Origin: Phoronis australis
Lineage: Eukaryota; Animalia; Phoronida
Assembly: GCA_002633005.1 (NCBI GenBank)
Contig: NMRA01000523.1
Location: 187,790-251,789 of the forward strand
Direction: 5' to 3'
DNA length: 64,000 bases
Shown here piece by piece: positions 52,345-64,000 of this stretch. The position numbers and the translations under genes are program-made. Position 1 is the stretch's first letter. Every line of letters starts with the position of its first letter. The notes beneath the pieces are model-generated. The model searched no databases, had not been told where the DNA came from, and saw only the letters and a program-made list of their open reading frames with translations.

Positions 52345-55300
52345 GAATGATTAGACTAAACAGCATATTCTGTTAACCGCTACATGTAAACGTGTGTTAC
52401 CTGAGGTGTTTGTGAAATGAACCTAGTACTCAAGAAAACACAAGCACTCAATGAAACTGAGCGGAACGCAACCCAGGTGAAGATTCCAATCACCACGCAG
52501 TTTTAGTTAACTCGATCATTTTGCTCAGTTACTGTGAACTTGCTTCGGTTCATCTGATTTCGCTTGAAGTTAGTGCTTAAGTGTTCACAACGTGTAATGT
52601 TATTTTTACGCGTAAACGTGCTTATTCTACCAGTAGATTTGGCTCGGTACAAGATTATTACACGTGCACATGCTGTAGAATATAGGCCTTCGTGTGTAAT
52701 CAAAAAGGGCCCTAGAAATAAAGTTCCGTAGCAAAAATTCGCAAACTACATTTTGAAACCACTTTCCAGTACCCAAAATATTGCCACACGCTATGCCAAA
52801 GGCTCTCCCCGTGATCGTTGTTCTTTTTTGAATTAGGACATGTTTACGGTACCCCCTATTGCCAAAAATGAGAAATTGGACTTTTTTCGTTTTGCGGTAG
52901 ATTTCAAGAAAAAATAAAATATCGAATGTTGGTTTGAAAGCATTTATGTACAGAAAAGTTGCCAATGAGATCATATTCATAGTATCAAACCTTAAGATCA
53001 AAACATCTAAGGTAATGTTTTTCGTTTTTGTGCCGTCCCTTCGCTTACGTGTTTGAACTAATTTTCATGTGCATCACGTGCGAAATCTAATTGGTCACTG
53101 AACAACTATTCCCCGTGTTTGGGAAAACACCGCGAAACAGGCACATAGACAGAACACATGAAAACTTCATGTCCCTTCAACTTCTTTTATTCGAATAAGC
53201 TACCGCAAGCATTAGATCAACTTTAAATTGTCCTTCTCGCTCTGCACAACTGACTTACGTCCTTTAGGTCCACTGTCCTGGACTAGACTAGATTCAACTG
53301 GTCACTAACACTGGTTTCAGTCATGGCTGGGTTCTGCTCGCGTGCTTTCTTTGCAATACCTGTCGATATATCTCGCGAAGTCTTGGGCGATGCGTTTCCT
53401 CGAAGACCTCACGTCTCCGGTACGCACACCAGTTTTTTGAGTCAAAGTACTGTAAGTAATAAAGCTCTGTGAAAGTCAGTCCGGAATACAAAACTGGGAG
53501 AGAGAGCTACTTGGCGTGTATACTACATGTACATGAGCTAACTGTGTATAGTGGTTAGTCACGTGGTTAATAGGTACACGTACGCAGTGAGTGTTCAGAA
53601 TCATTCTGATGTCGGCCCCAGTTCAGCAAGTCGGGATACCGGATAGGTTATCCAAAAAAACCTAAAATGTAATTTTGGTCTTAGTCAACGATTTATACCG
53701 TAAAATATCCACGACTCATTCTCTTTGTTCATTGTGTACATCGTACACATCGTTATAAAACAATGAGCCTTTTGGGAGGCGTGTTTGTCAATTCGGCGTA
53801 TCTTACTTAATTTTAAGGGTATTTTGAGCCTCTTCTAGAAATGAAATGAACAAAAATAGAAAATTTCCAGAAAGTGACTCTATCGGAAGTTAGCGATTTT
53901 AGAATTTAACTGTCTGGGGGACCGGAAGGACATCGGTGAACGGCAGTGAAATACTGATCGTAGTAACAGGAGCCATTTTTCTGATCACGTGATAACAAAC
54001 ACATTAACATAGTGGAATAAATAGTTTCGTTTTCCCCAAAGCTTTTCGTAGCAGTACTGTACTTCTTCTGCAAGGCTGCTTCCGTAGAGGGTGCGTTCGT
54101 TGTTTTCTTGGATGGTGAATAGTACGCGTCACGATGAATTCCTCAAATGACTGGAAGAGAAATCGACGTAAATCGTTACATTATACGTATTGCAATTGAT
54201 TTAAAGAGCTGAACACAGATTGAGAAAACTTTTGCACTGAGACAAATCATGCGCTAAGCAGGCACGTCGATGACGGATTTTGGGCTCGATGTTAATCAAT
54301 GTTCGACTGTACAGCATCTGTCTACATTGTACATGTAGATTTATTGCGGAACCAGGGGATCGTACGGGGGTACGGTGCAGCCACAATTCTTGGAGAAAAA
54401 TGTCCTAAAAACGGCATGCCACGTCATTTTATTGATCGCGTTCTTAAAGGGGTTTGCCCCCTCCCCTGTCCCCCACCCCCGTTCGGCTCTCTTAGTTGAG
54501 AGCGGTTAGTTCTCTCTTCAGAACGTTCCCCTCGAAACATATGCAACACACTGGGCATTTTCGTAGCCTCAACTTGAGGCTACCAGAATACTCCAATAGT
54601 TCCGGATGCCCTGGGAGGTGAAATTCATATCCGCAGGTGCAGACATCATTCATACGGCAAGTCATGAGCATTTCAATGCATGAGAATTGGAAGCTACGAG
54701 AATAACCGAGGTGTTAGGAATGGTGAAATGGTGCATGTTCATCAAATCGATTTTTGACAGAGTAAAGTTTGATAGTCAGTGGCCTACGTAATCACAAGAC
54801 TGAAAGCGCATTAACCATATTTTCAAAAGACCACTTTTTTCGCTAAAAGATTTCGCAACACGCGCAATGTGAATGGTTATTTTTCCTAATTTTATAATAC
54901 ATTGATACTGCACAAAGATTGCCATGAGCATCAAAGTTATCACATTACATATTTATTCATCAGCTTGTACAGAAGTTTCCAAAGGCATTATGGAATCTAG
55001 TCTTGTTCAAACTGACAATTTTTATGATTAAATAAGCATTCACACTTCTGAAGGTACACCTCAATGATGAGTGAGGGTATCAATATGACTCAGACACGTG
55101 CTCTAATATGCGGTCATGTACATAGTTTCTGTTCCCTGATTCCAAAACAGGAGAATTTTGCAATACACCGGAACATACAGTGTTGAGGAGCTATTGAAAT
55201 CCCAACTGATAAGAGAGATTCAGATTTATCAGTTGGGAAATGGTTTGAATTACCTCATATGTCTTCTAAATTCATTCACACGTTAGCCACAAAATAGTAA

Positions 55301-56678
55301 AAAGGAGATGGTTATGTGAAAGCACTGAATCCTGATCTTTTTTCGACTGTTTCACAAAAAAGGGAACTAATGTCTGACATTTTTTTCATGATACTTAGTG
55401 CATTACTGGTAAGCATATTTTTGTTTGTTTGTCATATCTTTATCCAGCAACCCACATTTTGTGACCGCTGGTGCTTAACCATGTGTAATCTCAATGAATT
55501 CTTGAGCGGGACTGGCAGACGCAGACATGCGCAGTTGACAATGTAACACGCTATGTAGTAGGCACATCCCAAATTCAACTTTTTCCTCTCTTACGATTTG
55601 TATGATCGGCCAAGTTTTTTTAATGTTTTCTTTAAAAAAGTGTTTGAAAGGTGAGGAGCGTACACATAAGCGACCGGGTCTGATCTTTGTATTCGAAATC
55701 CAACTTTAAATTATTTTTGACGTTTTACATTCAATTTTAATACGAAATCGAGATTAGTGTCTTTAATTCTGTGCTCGAGTATGTTATGGTTCATTTGGAT
55801 GACCGCCTATGGTATCAGGGTAGAAGCTACATGTATAGGCCTACGTTCGAGTACGAACTACACTGTATACATTGCTTATTTTGTGCATTTACTTGAGCTT
55901 GTACCTCAAATCAAGGAGACGTCAAGTGCCATCTTGAACTAGAAAGTCATCTCTCTAAACCATAGGTTAACGGCCAGTTGAGTTTGTATTAAAGCAGGAC
56001 AGAAAATGTCAATTTAATTTCGAGTTCGATTTCGAGTACAAATTTTCATACCCGCACCCTGAGCTGGGCAAGTACATGTAAGGAACGGTATATCGAACCC
56101 CTGGAATCGATCGACTCTATCGGATTTCATCGTTTTCTGAGGTCGAAAAACGCATTTTGGTATTATTGTTGGATGGGAGAGACTTTTTGAAGTCACTCGT
56201 CTTTAGTTTTGACCAGAGCTCTAAAACAATAACAAATTCGTTGTCTTTTTGTGATTCTGTTACACTCGCCGTTGTTTGTCAGTCATTCGCTGGCAACAAG
56301 GTGTGTGGCGTTACCAGTTAAACACATAACTTACTCAGACAATTATTATGTGAATTTAGCTCAGCTAGCAGAATGCTTGTCTGCAACTTAGAAGGTTTCT
56401 GGTGTGGCTGTTCTCAAGAAAGTCACAAACGCACCGAATCGGCCACGTCACACGGAACTAATTCCTGATGCTTTATATTTCAACACAAAATGATAACACT
56501 TAAATTCACGAGTGATTAACGAAGTGGAATTTTAAGAAGTGAAAAACTCAGCTCAGCCTCGACTCACGTACATGTACATGTACCATCCTAACGCGCAGCA
56601 TTGTGGGTAAGTGCGGTACAAACAGATTGGCTTAGTGATTATTTTGTTAGTCCACGGTCCTCCGTCGAAATGCCTACC

Positions 56679-56793
56679 TTAGGCCAGTGACCTTCTTCGA
56701 CGCCTCACCAACACGACGACGCAGGCGATGAGTCCAATCACAACAACAGCAGCGATGACGATTCCAGTAATGGCGCCAGCCATCCGACCAGAG
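56679..56793 (-). CDS. Shisa-like single-pass membrane protein, TM exon
   Basis: ttcag|C TCT GGT... gives (D)SGRMAGAITGIVIAAVVVIGLIACVVVLVRRRRRSLA*: a TM helix plus basic stop-transfer. Phase 2 matches the 61060 donor. Confidence 0.85.
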
Positions 56794-57426
56794 CTGAATA
56801 TGTGAACAGACTAATTTTGAAACAACACTGCCAACTGATGAATTTCGACACTTAAAGTAACAAGGATCAATGCAAATTTCAACAAAACTTTTAAATCTTG
56901 TTAAAAAGCGGGCGGATTCAGTGGGGGCGAAGGGGCCTTGTCTCTCCCAAAATTCTCACAGCTAGCAAAGTACGTATAGTAACTATTACAACTGAGATAT
57001 TCAGCATGTGGGCGGTGAGGGCGTTTCCCACAAATGTATTGACGAATCAGGGCGTGTTTGTATTCTCTGCAGTTAGGGTCGGATCTACTATATTACAAAA
57101 GAGGGACTCAATTCATCACCAACTGTTTACATTATAATAGGCACATTTCTTTTAGGATATTTCTTAAAAGTTCTTAAAATACTTTTTGTTGAATGTAAAA
57201 TAACACATTGAACTTATTGTAGTTGGAATTACAAGCGACAGGAGCTGTTTGAAATCGTTGAATGCAAATGTTAACAGCTTTTTAACAGTTTTTGTCAACT
57301 TGTTGTGTGTTACTTACTACTGCCTGCCATAATATTTTTGAGCATTTTTAGTCGATTACTTCAAGGAACTAAAATTATCTCAATGAAAGCGTCAATCGGA
57401 CCCCGCAAGATATGATCCTTCTTTTG

Positions 57427-57654
57427 NNNNNNNNNNNNNNNNNNNNNNNNNNNNNNNNNNNNNNNNNNNNNNNNNNNNNNNNNNNNNNNNNNNNNNNNNN
57501 NNNNNNNNNNNNNNNNNNNNNNNNNNNNNNNNNNNNNNNNNNNNNNNNNNNNNNNNNNNNNNNNNNNNNNNNNNNNNNNNNNNNNNNNNNNNNNNNNNNN
57601 NNNNNNNNNNNNNNNNNNNNNNNNNNNNNNNNNNNNNNNNNNNNNNNNNNNNNN
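57427..57654. other. Assembly gap (N run)
   Basis: Run of n. Confidence 1.
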
Positions 57655-58645
57655 TGTTTTGCAGTGATAACTGTACCCAACGGCCAAGGCCGCAGGTTTA
57701 AGCCATACTTTCATTTCTGGCCTTTGAATTCCTTAGCATTGACGTCACAAGTAGATGATAAAGCGAAATCAACAACTGTTTAGTGGGACAGAGTAAGTAA
57801 AACATGCCAAAATTGACCAAAAACGCATTCGAAAGGCTAACATTCCAATGTAAGGTTATCCAGGACATTAGTAAACGACCCCAAATCTAAGTCAAATATC
57901 AAAAAACTATGCTTTGGCAACCATTAAAAGTATTCTGAAAGAAAAAAGATTGAGAATTCTAAAAACGTGCTTCTTACTACTGTGTCTTTATTAGTGTCAC
58001 GTGACCACGGTTTTAAATCAAAAAATTTTCTTGTGCAAGAAAGGTACATTCATAGCAAAATAACCTAACAGAGTTTTGGGGACAACGCAAGCTTTTCATT
58101 TAAAAAGTTTTTAGTAAAATCGGCTGGGAGGGGGGGGGTTATTTTGATATGAATGATATTGTAATGTCCTGTTTTGTTGTCACGGGAAGGCTGTGCTGTT
58201 TTTCAATTTATTGCAATACTATTAATTTTCTGATGCATGTATCTACAACACTCAAATTCAAATAAAAGGTAAAATAAAACACATGTGCTGTTTAATCATC
58301 GAAAAGATTTTTTCTCCCTAGCTGCCGGCATGCGTGTGACGTCAGTGGTTCAAAGGGGTCTTTGGTTAATAGTAACCATTGTGCGAGAAAACTGTCTCTG
58401 CGGCTGCCATTTTACTACTCTCACCTTCTTGCTCGGCAAGCACTATAAAAACTTTGAGTTGTAGTAACAAAATAACGAGTTTTCCCTGTTCGCACAGTAG
58501 GCTACTGCACCCACTGCCGTGGGTTGATGGCTTCTGTAATATAATTGATGCCACAACAGGCCCGTAGCCAGCATTGCGCAGGGGGCGGTTTGAATTTCTG
58601 GAACTTTTGACCTTTGATATTTTGCAATGGTCGACACGCCAAACT

Positions 58646-60775
58646 TTCAAATCAGGCGTGCTTCAATACATATTCAGACACAATTTTTTAGTCTGAGAAT
58701 GACTTGACGAAATTTTTATCTGGTTGTATTTTTGCATGTTACCTACATCGCTGGAAATGGGCACAGCACACTATTATGAAGGTCCACTACTCCAAAGGTT
58801 CACTACTCCGAAAATATCGAAATTTTCGAACCCAGGTTTAATTTTTATACTTTTACATGCAAAAGTAAACGATACTTCGGTTATTAGATGCTCTGAGTGG
58901 TGTACCGACACCGAAAACAACGTCCGCATACTATTGATTTCATGCACATACGAAATTGCCTGTATGTCTTACGAATACGGAAAACTAAGTACGTTCTTGC
59001 ATTTTTAAAAGGATACCAACTCCAAGTTTGGCCCATTGACAGGTACTAAAAATGACTTTCCATCCATTTCTCTAAAACAAAATAATACTTCGCGACCACT
59101 GACAACCCTCAGAAGTTTGTTGAACAATTTGAACACTCCTTTCAAAGTTTGCTAAACGAGCAAGCGTAACCTACGTTTTTTGCGAAATACACGACAACTG
59201 TGGGGAAGGTCCACCCACCAAGGACCATATTGTCCAAACTATGACAAGGGGTGTATGAATTTTCACGTGATTCTTTCCTTAAAAGGATTCTAAGCCCTAT
59301 TTTGATGATTTCAACGAATCTTCGTTCTCTCACTTGCTGATGCATCATTGGCGTCAATCGCGAAAGATAAAGCAGGAATCAACTAAGAATTCGTCCACGC
59401 TATCCCATGAATTGGACAATATGGTCCTTGGTGGGTGATCTTTCCCACAGACGCCGCGTAACTCGCTAGAAGCGTAGATCGCGCTTGCTTCTTTATCAGA
59501 ATTTGTAGGGAGTTTTCCGATTTCCTCAAAAGTTTAGAGGGTTGTCCAGTCGTTACAGGGCATTATTTCGTTCCAGAGAACTGGATGGGAAAGTCGTTTT
59601 AGTATCTGTTGATAAAACCGGGTTTGGTATACTTTTAACTTGGAAGATTGACACCAGAGATGCATCAGCAGGTGACAGAACAAGGATTGGTGGAAATCAT
59701 CACAGGGTTTACTATCCTTTTAAAAGAATACAAAATAGGGATATTGATGAATTATTACTTCACTCTACGTAACTGGTGGAAACTAAATGTACTTAGAAGG
59801 CTATCCTGTCCCTGCCAATTTTCATAAAGACAAAAGCTATGCAATGGTTACTAAATGGACAAAAAACATTTCATTCACGTCAGTTCCAACTCATTAGCAT
59901 ACAACCAGAGTAATGAATTGTCGGAGTAGTGAAACTTCATAGTAGCGGACTTTGTGTGAAGTGAACCTTTGGAATAATGACACGTAACCTTGGAAATCTT
60001 TTGCATCAAGTTTCTCGTATGAAGTCTCCGACGCTGTGCACCATTGCCACAGACGGACAAGGGGACACATTCTTCATTGACCAAAGATCCATTAGCTTTA
60101 GACCTGCTTTTCCCTAATACTGTGAACATGCTCGTTTCCTCAGTGCAAGAACATACGGTAGTAAATATTTGTTTTTTGTTTGAGCAACGACAGAAGACTG
60201 CCTATAGTGAACTTACCGTCGACGTGTACTGGAATTAAAAGAATGAAAACGCACATACGTGTACACGCGCATGCATTTCAATCCACCAATCCACCATGAA
60301 AGTGGACACGGGATGAACAACAATCATTCGACGATCACCTTCAGTTAGAAATTTGAAATGCCTGCACCTTACCCTACTACATGTATGCTATCAAGTACAC
60401 CAAAACAGCAGATAACAACCATGTTTTTGCTGTTTTGTTTCTTGCTCGATTTTAAGATATTCACGCCATACTACTTTTTGTGAGCTAGACATAAGTTCGC
60501 TATTTTAAAGCTTAACTAGTTATACATGTAGACATTTACAGGTAGTTCTAGACTCCCTTGTTACCCTACGATGTATCCTTGGCCAGAAGATAATTCGTCT
60601 AACTTAAGTTATAATTATAGTTAGTACTACCAGTAGCTGCAACAATTTTGTTGTTGTTGTTGTTGTTGTTGCTGTTGTTGTTGTTGTTGTTGCTATTGTT
60701 GTGGTTGTTGTCCATCTATACCCCGTCTCTAACAGATAGCTGGGGCTGGACCTTTTCCGCGGGGGGTTCGATCGA
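58646..60775 (+). repeat. Paralogue of the 26566-27790 composite repeat, with extra insertions and a (TTG)n expansion
   Basis: Colinear blocks as listed for 26566-27790; (TTG)n at ~60648-60710. Confidence 0.7.
59009..59634. mobile_element. Foldback MITE with TTAA target (Kolobok-type)
   Basis: TTAA|AAGGATACCAA ... TTGGTATACTT|TTAA. Long imperfect arms, including cacccaccaaggaccatattgtccaa / ttggacaatatggtccttggtgggtg. Absent from the 26566-27790 paralogue. Confidence 0.75.
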
Positions 60776-61005
60776 ANNNNNNNNNNNNNNNNNNNNNNNN
60801 NNNNNNNNNNNNNNNNNNNNNNNNNNNNNNNNNNNNNNNNNNNNNNNNNNNNNNNNNNNNNNNNNNNNNNNNNNNNNNNNNNNNNNNNNNNNNNNNNNNN
60901 NNNNNNNNNNNNNNNNNNNNNNNNNNNNNNNNNNNNNNNNNNNNNNNNNNNNNNNNNNNNNNNNNNNNNNNNNNNNNNNNNNNNNNNNNNNNNNNNNNNN
61001 NNNNN
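60776..61005. other. Assembly gap (N run)
   Basis: Run of n. Confidence 1.
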
Positions 61006-61059
61006 TACGCGTCTGCTGGAACATAATGTTGTTGTTTACAACACTTTTATTGAACTTAC

Positions 61060-61201
61060 TCGGCCCAGTAGGTGCAGCACTTTTGTCCACTTTCAGGACC
61101 ACAGCAGTACTCCATGTTGTCGTCCTGGTTGGGAAGTGGGCAGATGAACAGTCGGTGTATTGTGCCGTTTTTTGTCTGGTAGTTCTTGCATATTGTCGGT
61201 T
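61060..61201 (-). CDS. Shisa-like protein, six-cysteine extracellular domain exon
   Basis: ttccag|AA CCG... gives (E)PTICKNYQTKNGTIHRLFICPLPNQDDNMEYCCGPESGQKCCTYWA(D)|gtaagt. C-C-CC-CC pattern with FxCP and YCCG; N-glycosylation sequon NGT. Confidence 0.88.
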
Positions 61202-61570
61202 CTGGAAGAATGCATATGCATGGTAAGGTATAAAGATCAAAATGTTAATTTACAGTTTTATAGGTATAGCATCACAAATATTACCCTGATGCAGGATAAA
61301 AGCTGTACCTGTTCCTCATGGGCGGCGCACCATAAGGGGCCGGGGGGCTACAGCCCCACCTCCACTTTTTTCTATGCTCCGGCGCCCATGGTCTATGGGC
61401 GGTGCACCACAGGGGGGCTAGGGACTATAGAACCCCCCCCCCCCAGCCCCCAGTTTTTTTAAGTGCTGCGCGGCCCATGTTCTTGCATGGTCACGAAACT
61501 ATTTATAGTATAATAGAGGCTGATTTTTTTCGGTTTCTCTGGTTTTCTTTTCAAGACAAAAACCTTTTAC

Positions 61571-61765
61571 CCTTGTTAGGATTCTTTCTGTACTGCATGC
61601 TCAGCGTGTACCTCCGGCCACCGTAGAACAATGCTCCAGAGGCTGCCAGTGATTTCCAGTTACCGTAACCGCTTCTGGACCCGCCAGATCTGCCACTGCC
61701 TCTACTTCCGCCTCTTCCCCCGCCTCCTCTTCCTCCGCCACCGCCTCTTCCGCCGCCGCGGCACT
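61571..61765 (-). CDS. Shisa-like protein, RGG/Gly-rich exon
   Basis: CRGGGRGGGGGRGGGGRGGSRGSGRSGGSRSGYGNWKSLAASGALFYGGRRYTLSMQYRKNPNK(E)|gtaaaa. Phase 1 joins the Cys exon in frame. The exact acceptor is uncertain (61765 or 61796) and the start exon was not found. Confidence 0.8.
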
Positions 61766-62194
61766 CTGCAATAGCAATGCTATAACTGCAATCAGCCTGA
61801 ATTATAGTTGTTCAGAGGGAGTTGCACTATACTAAATCCGGTCTTGGACTATTAACAGATATTAAGTACGACTTCACCATCAAGGTCTCTAAAACAAAAC
61901 CGACACCTCGTCAATCCTCAAACGTTTGGTGCAAACTTGAAAACTCTTTACAAAGTGACCTATAGTATACTTGAGGCGACTTACACAACAGTAAGACTAT
62001 TCTGCCAAGAACCATTGTAATGCCCGTTGAACATGTACGTGTAGACCAAACTCGATTTTTCATTCAAGTAACACGTCAATGGCGCATATGCAGGGGACCG
62101 AACAAGGATTGAGGGAAATCACCAAAACAGGGTCTAGTAACAATTAACTGTTGTTGGGAGTGCTTGTTGTTGATAAACTCCAGTCCATGCGTGA

Positions 62195-62800
62195 CAGACT
62201 GACAGACAGACAGACAGGTAGATAGAGAGAAAGACAGGTAGATATATACATAGGAAGATACATATATACATACATACATACATACATACATACATACATA
62301 CATACACACACATATACATACATATATACATTCATACATACATGTACATGCATACATACATGTACATGCATACATGCATACATACATATACATAAATACA
62401 TACATACATTCGTTCATACACATATATACTTTCGTTCATACATACATACATTCATACATACATACACATACATACACACACATAGACATACACACACACA
62501 CACACACACACACNCTAGGCCTACATACACACATGCATGCATAGGCCTGCACACATACAAGATACATGTATACATACATACATTCATACATACATACATA
62601 CATACATTCATACATACATACATACGTACACACCCACATACATACATTCATACATACATACGTACACACACACACACATACATTCATACATACATACGTA
62701 CACACACACATACATACATTCATACATACATACGTACACACTCACACATACATACATTCATACATACATGCATACATACATACATACATTGTACACACAC
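62195..62800. repeat. Compound (GACA)/(CATA)n/(CA)n microsatellite
   Basis: Seen directly in the sequence. Confidence 0.95.
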
Positions 62801-62947
62801 AGAATTTGTTAAATGCACGACACTTTTCATTGTTCACAGTCTTTATTCCGTTACGTTCGTACTTTCGGAACAAAACTCTACTCTCAACTGGACATAGATA
62901 CAGTGACTGACCTAGCGACATAATTAATTATTTTTAATTACTTTTAA

Positions 62948-63046
62948 AGGTGAATGCCACCCGATTTAATTAGTCTTTTTGCCGTCTTAATCGTTCTATA
63001 TCCACATCGCCTCGCATACGGCCGACCTTACCTTGCCAAGAGGTGT
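62948..63046 (+). mobile_element. Kolobok 5' terminal fragment (copy 3)
   Basis: TTAA|AGGTGAATGCCACCCGATTTAATTAGTC... is nearly identical to 5171-5270, then truncated. Confidence 0.85.
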
Positions 63047-64000
63047 GTGTATAATAATTATATAAATACACAAAAAAGATAAAACCCGTCATAACGCATT
63101 GTCTTAATTGAGCTAGAAAGAGAACTGGCTAGTTAGTAAATTAAATAATTACAAATGTATACAGGCAATCAATTTTATGACCTAATGAAACAACGATCTA
63201 ATATTCAGCACATTGGTCTATATTGTATTTTTATAAAAACGACTGAATGCTTGCAGGCCATGAGTCGATATTTTGTCAATCAGACAATGGGAGGTATGCA
63301 ATACATGTAGTTTCTTTCTAAGTTGGAAATGTGATACTTACGGCATTTCTGAGATATGGCGTTCTTAAATGAACCAAAAATAAGACACACAAGTAAGGAG
63401 ATCAAGATATGAAAGTTTCAATGATAATTATGTTGGTAAGCGGCGAGTTCACGACCAACAATAACTGACTAAGTCACGAGCTATCAATTTCGACTCGTAC
63501 TGGAGTTTTCTGCAGACAAGCCCAGGACGGATGAAGTACATTCGTGAAATAAAACTGTATGAGTTTAGGGACCAAACGTCAAATCCAAATATTCGCTTGG
63601 GCGTAAAGTTGTCAGTACTGTAACCGTCGCCGCAAATGCAAAGAAAGTCCAATTCGCAACGATATCCGTATGCCCACAGAGGAACGAGACAATTGTTGAA
63701 AATTTTCAGAATTACAATTTTGAATTCCGTTTCCTCTGAAAGTGGAACAGATTCCACATATACGCCCTTGTTATATCTGTTGGAATTTTTCCTTATGTAC
63801 TCGCACATGACCTATTTAAAGATGGGCCTGTCTGAAGAAAACTCCGGTAGACATGAGGTCAGTACGGACTGGGGCCTGTACTGCAGTACGTCATACGCTT
63901 ATGAGTGATGCTGTTGCAAAACATGATTGCACATTCTCGCTCAAATGGATATATATATGAGTTGCGTTCGAAGCAAGTTCACGGATAAACAAAGAACACT

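Noticed and set aside
57355-57780. Possible extra exon(s) with in-frame TGA codons (Sec or Trp recoding) around the first gap
   Set aside because: The Cys exon splices directly in phase to the TM exon without it. No recognisable domain or SECIS, and the gap prevents evaluation.
60648-61240. 192-aa and 174-aa ORFs, including a poly-Leu start
   Set aside because: Artefacts of (TTG)n and the N gap. The real exon is in another frame (61201-61060).
62076-62910. Many MYVC/HTYI-rich ORFs
   Set aside because: These are translations of the (CATA)n microsatellite.

Overview
This is AT-rich, intron-containing animal genomic DNA, probably from a marine invertebrate. That origin is an inference from the TE repertoire and the frequent TACATGTA motif. 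There are two assembly gaps (57427-57654, 60776-61005). Three spliced host genes could be rebuilt by hand. (1) A cytosolic sulfotransferase on + (5 exons, 4478-13426; the 5' exon was not found in the window). (2) A two-exon otopetrin proton-channel gene on - (44601-43642 + 39899-39009, 616 aa) with a non-canonical FYRFY terminal motif. (3) A small single-pass Shisa-like (six-cysteine) protein on - (61765-56679) with a predicted extracellular RGG box and an Ala/Gly segment reminiscent of Shadoo. The rest is a dense, partly nested set of decayed transposons: ISL2EU-like (SAP/YqaJ), Kolobok (THAP plus KolX-like), two P-superfamily THAP elements, Academ, Harbinger, Tc1/mariner, two LINE remnants, several MITEs and microsatellites. 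One P element is split by an apparent inversion, shown by a shared 7-bp TSD. All assignments come from manual translation and motif recognition; no database search was run.
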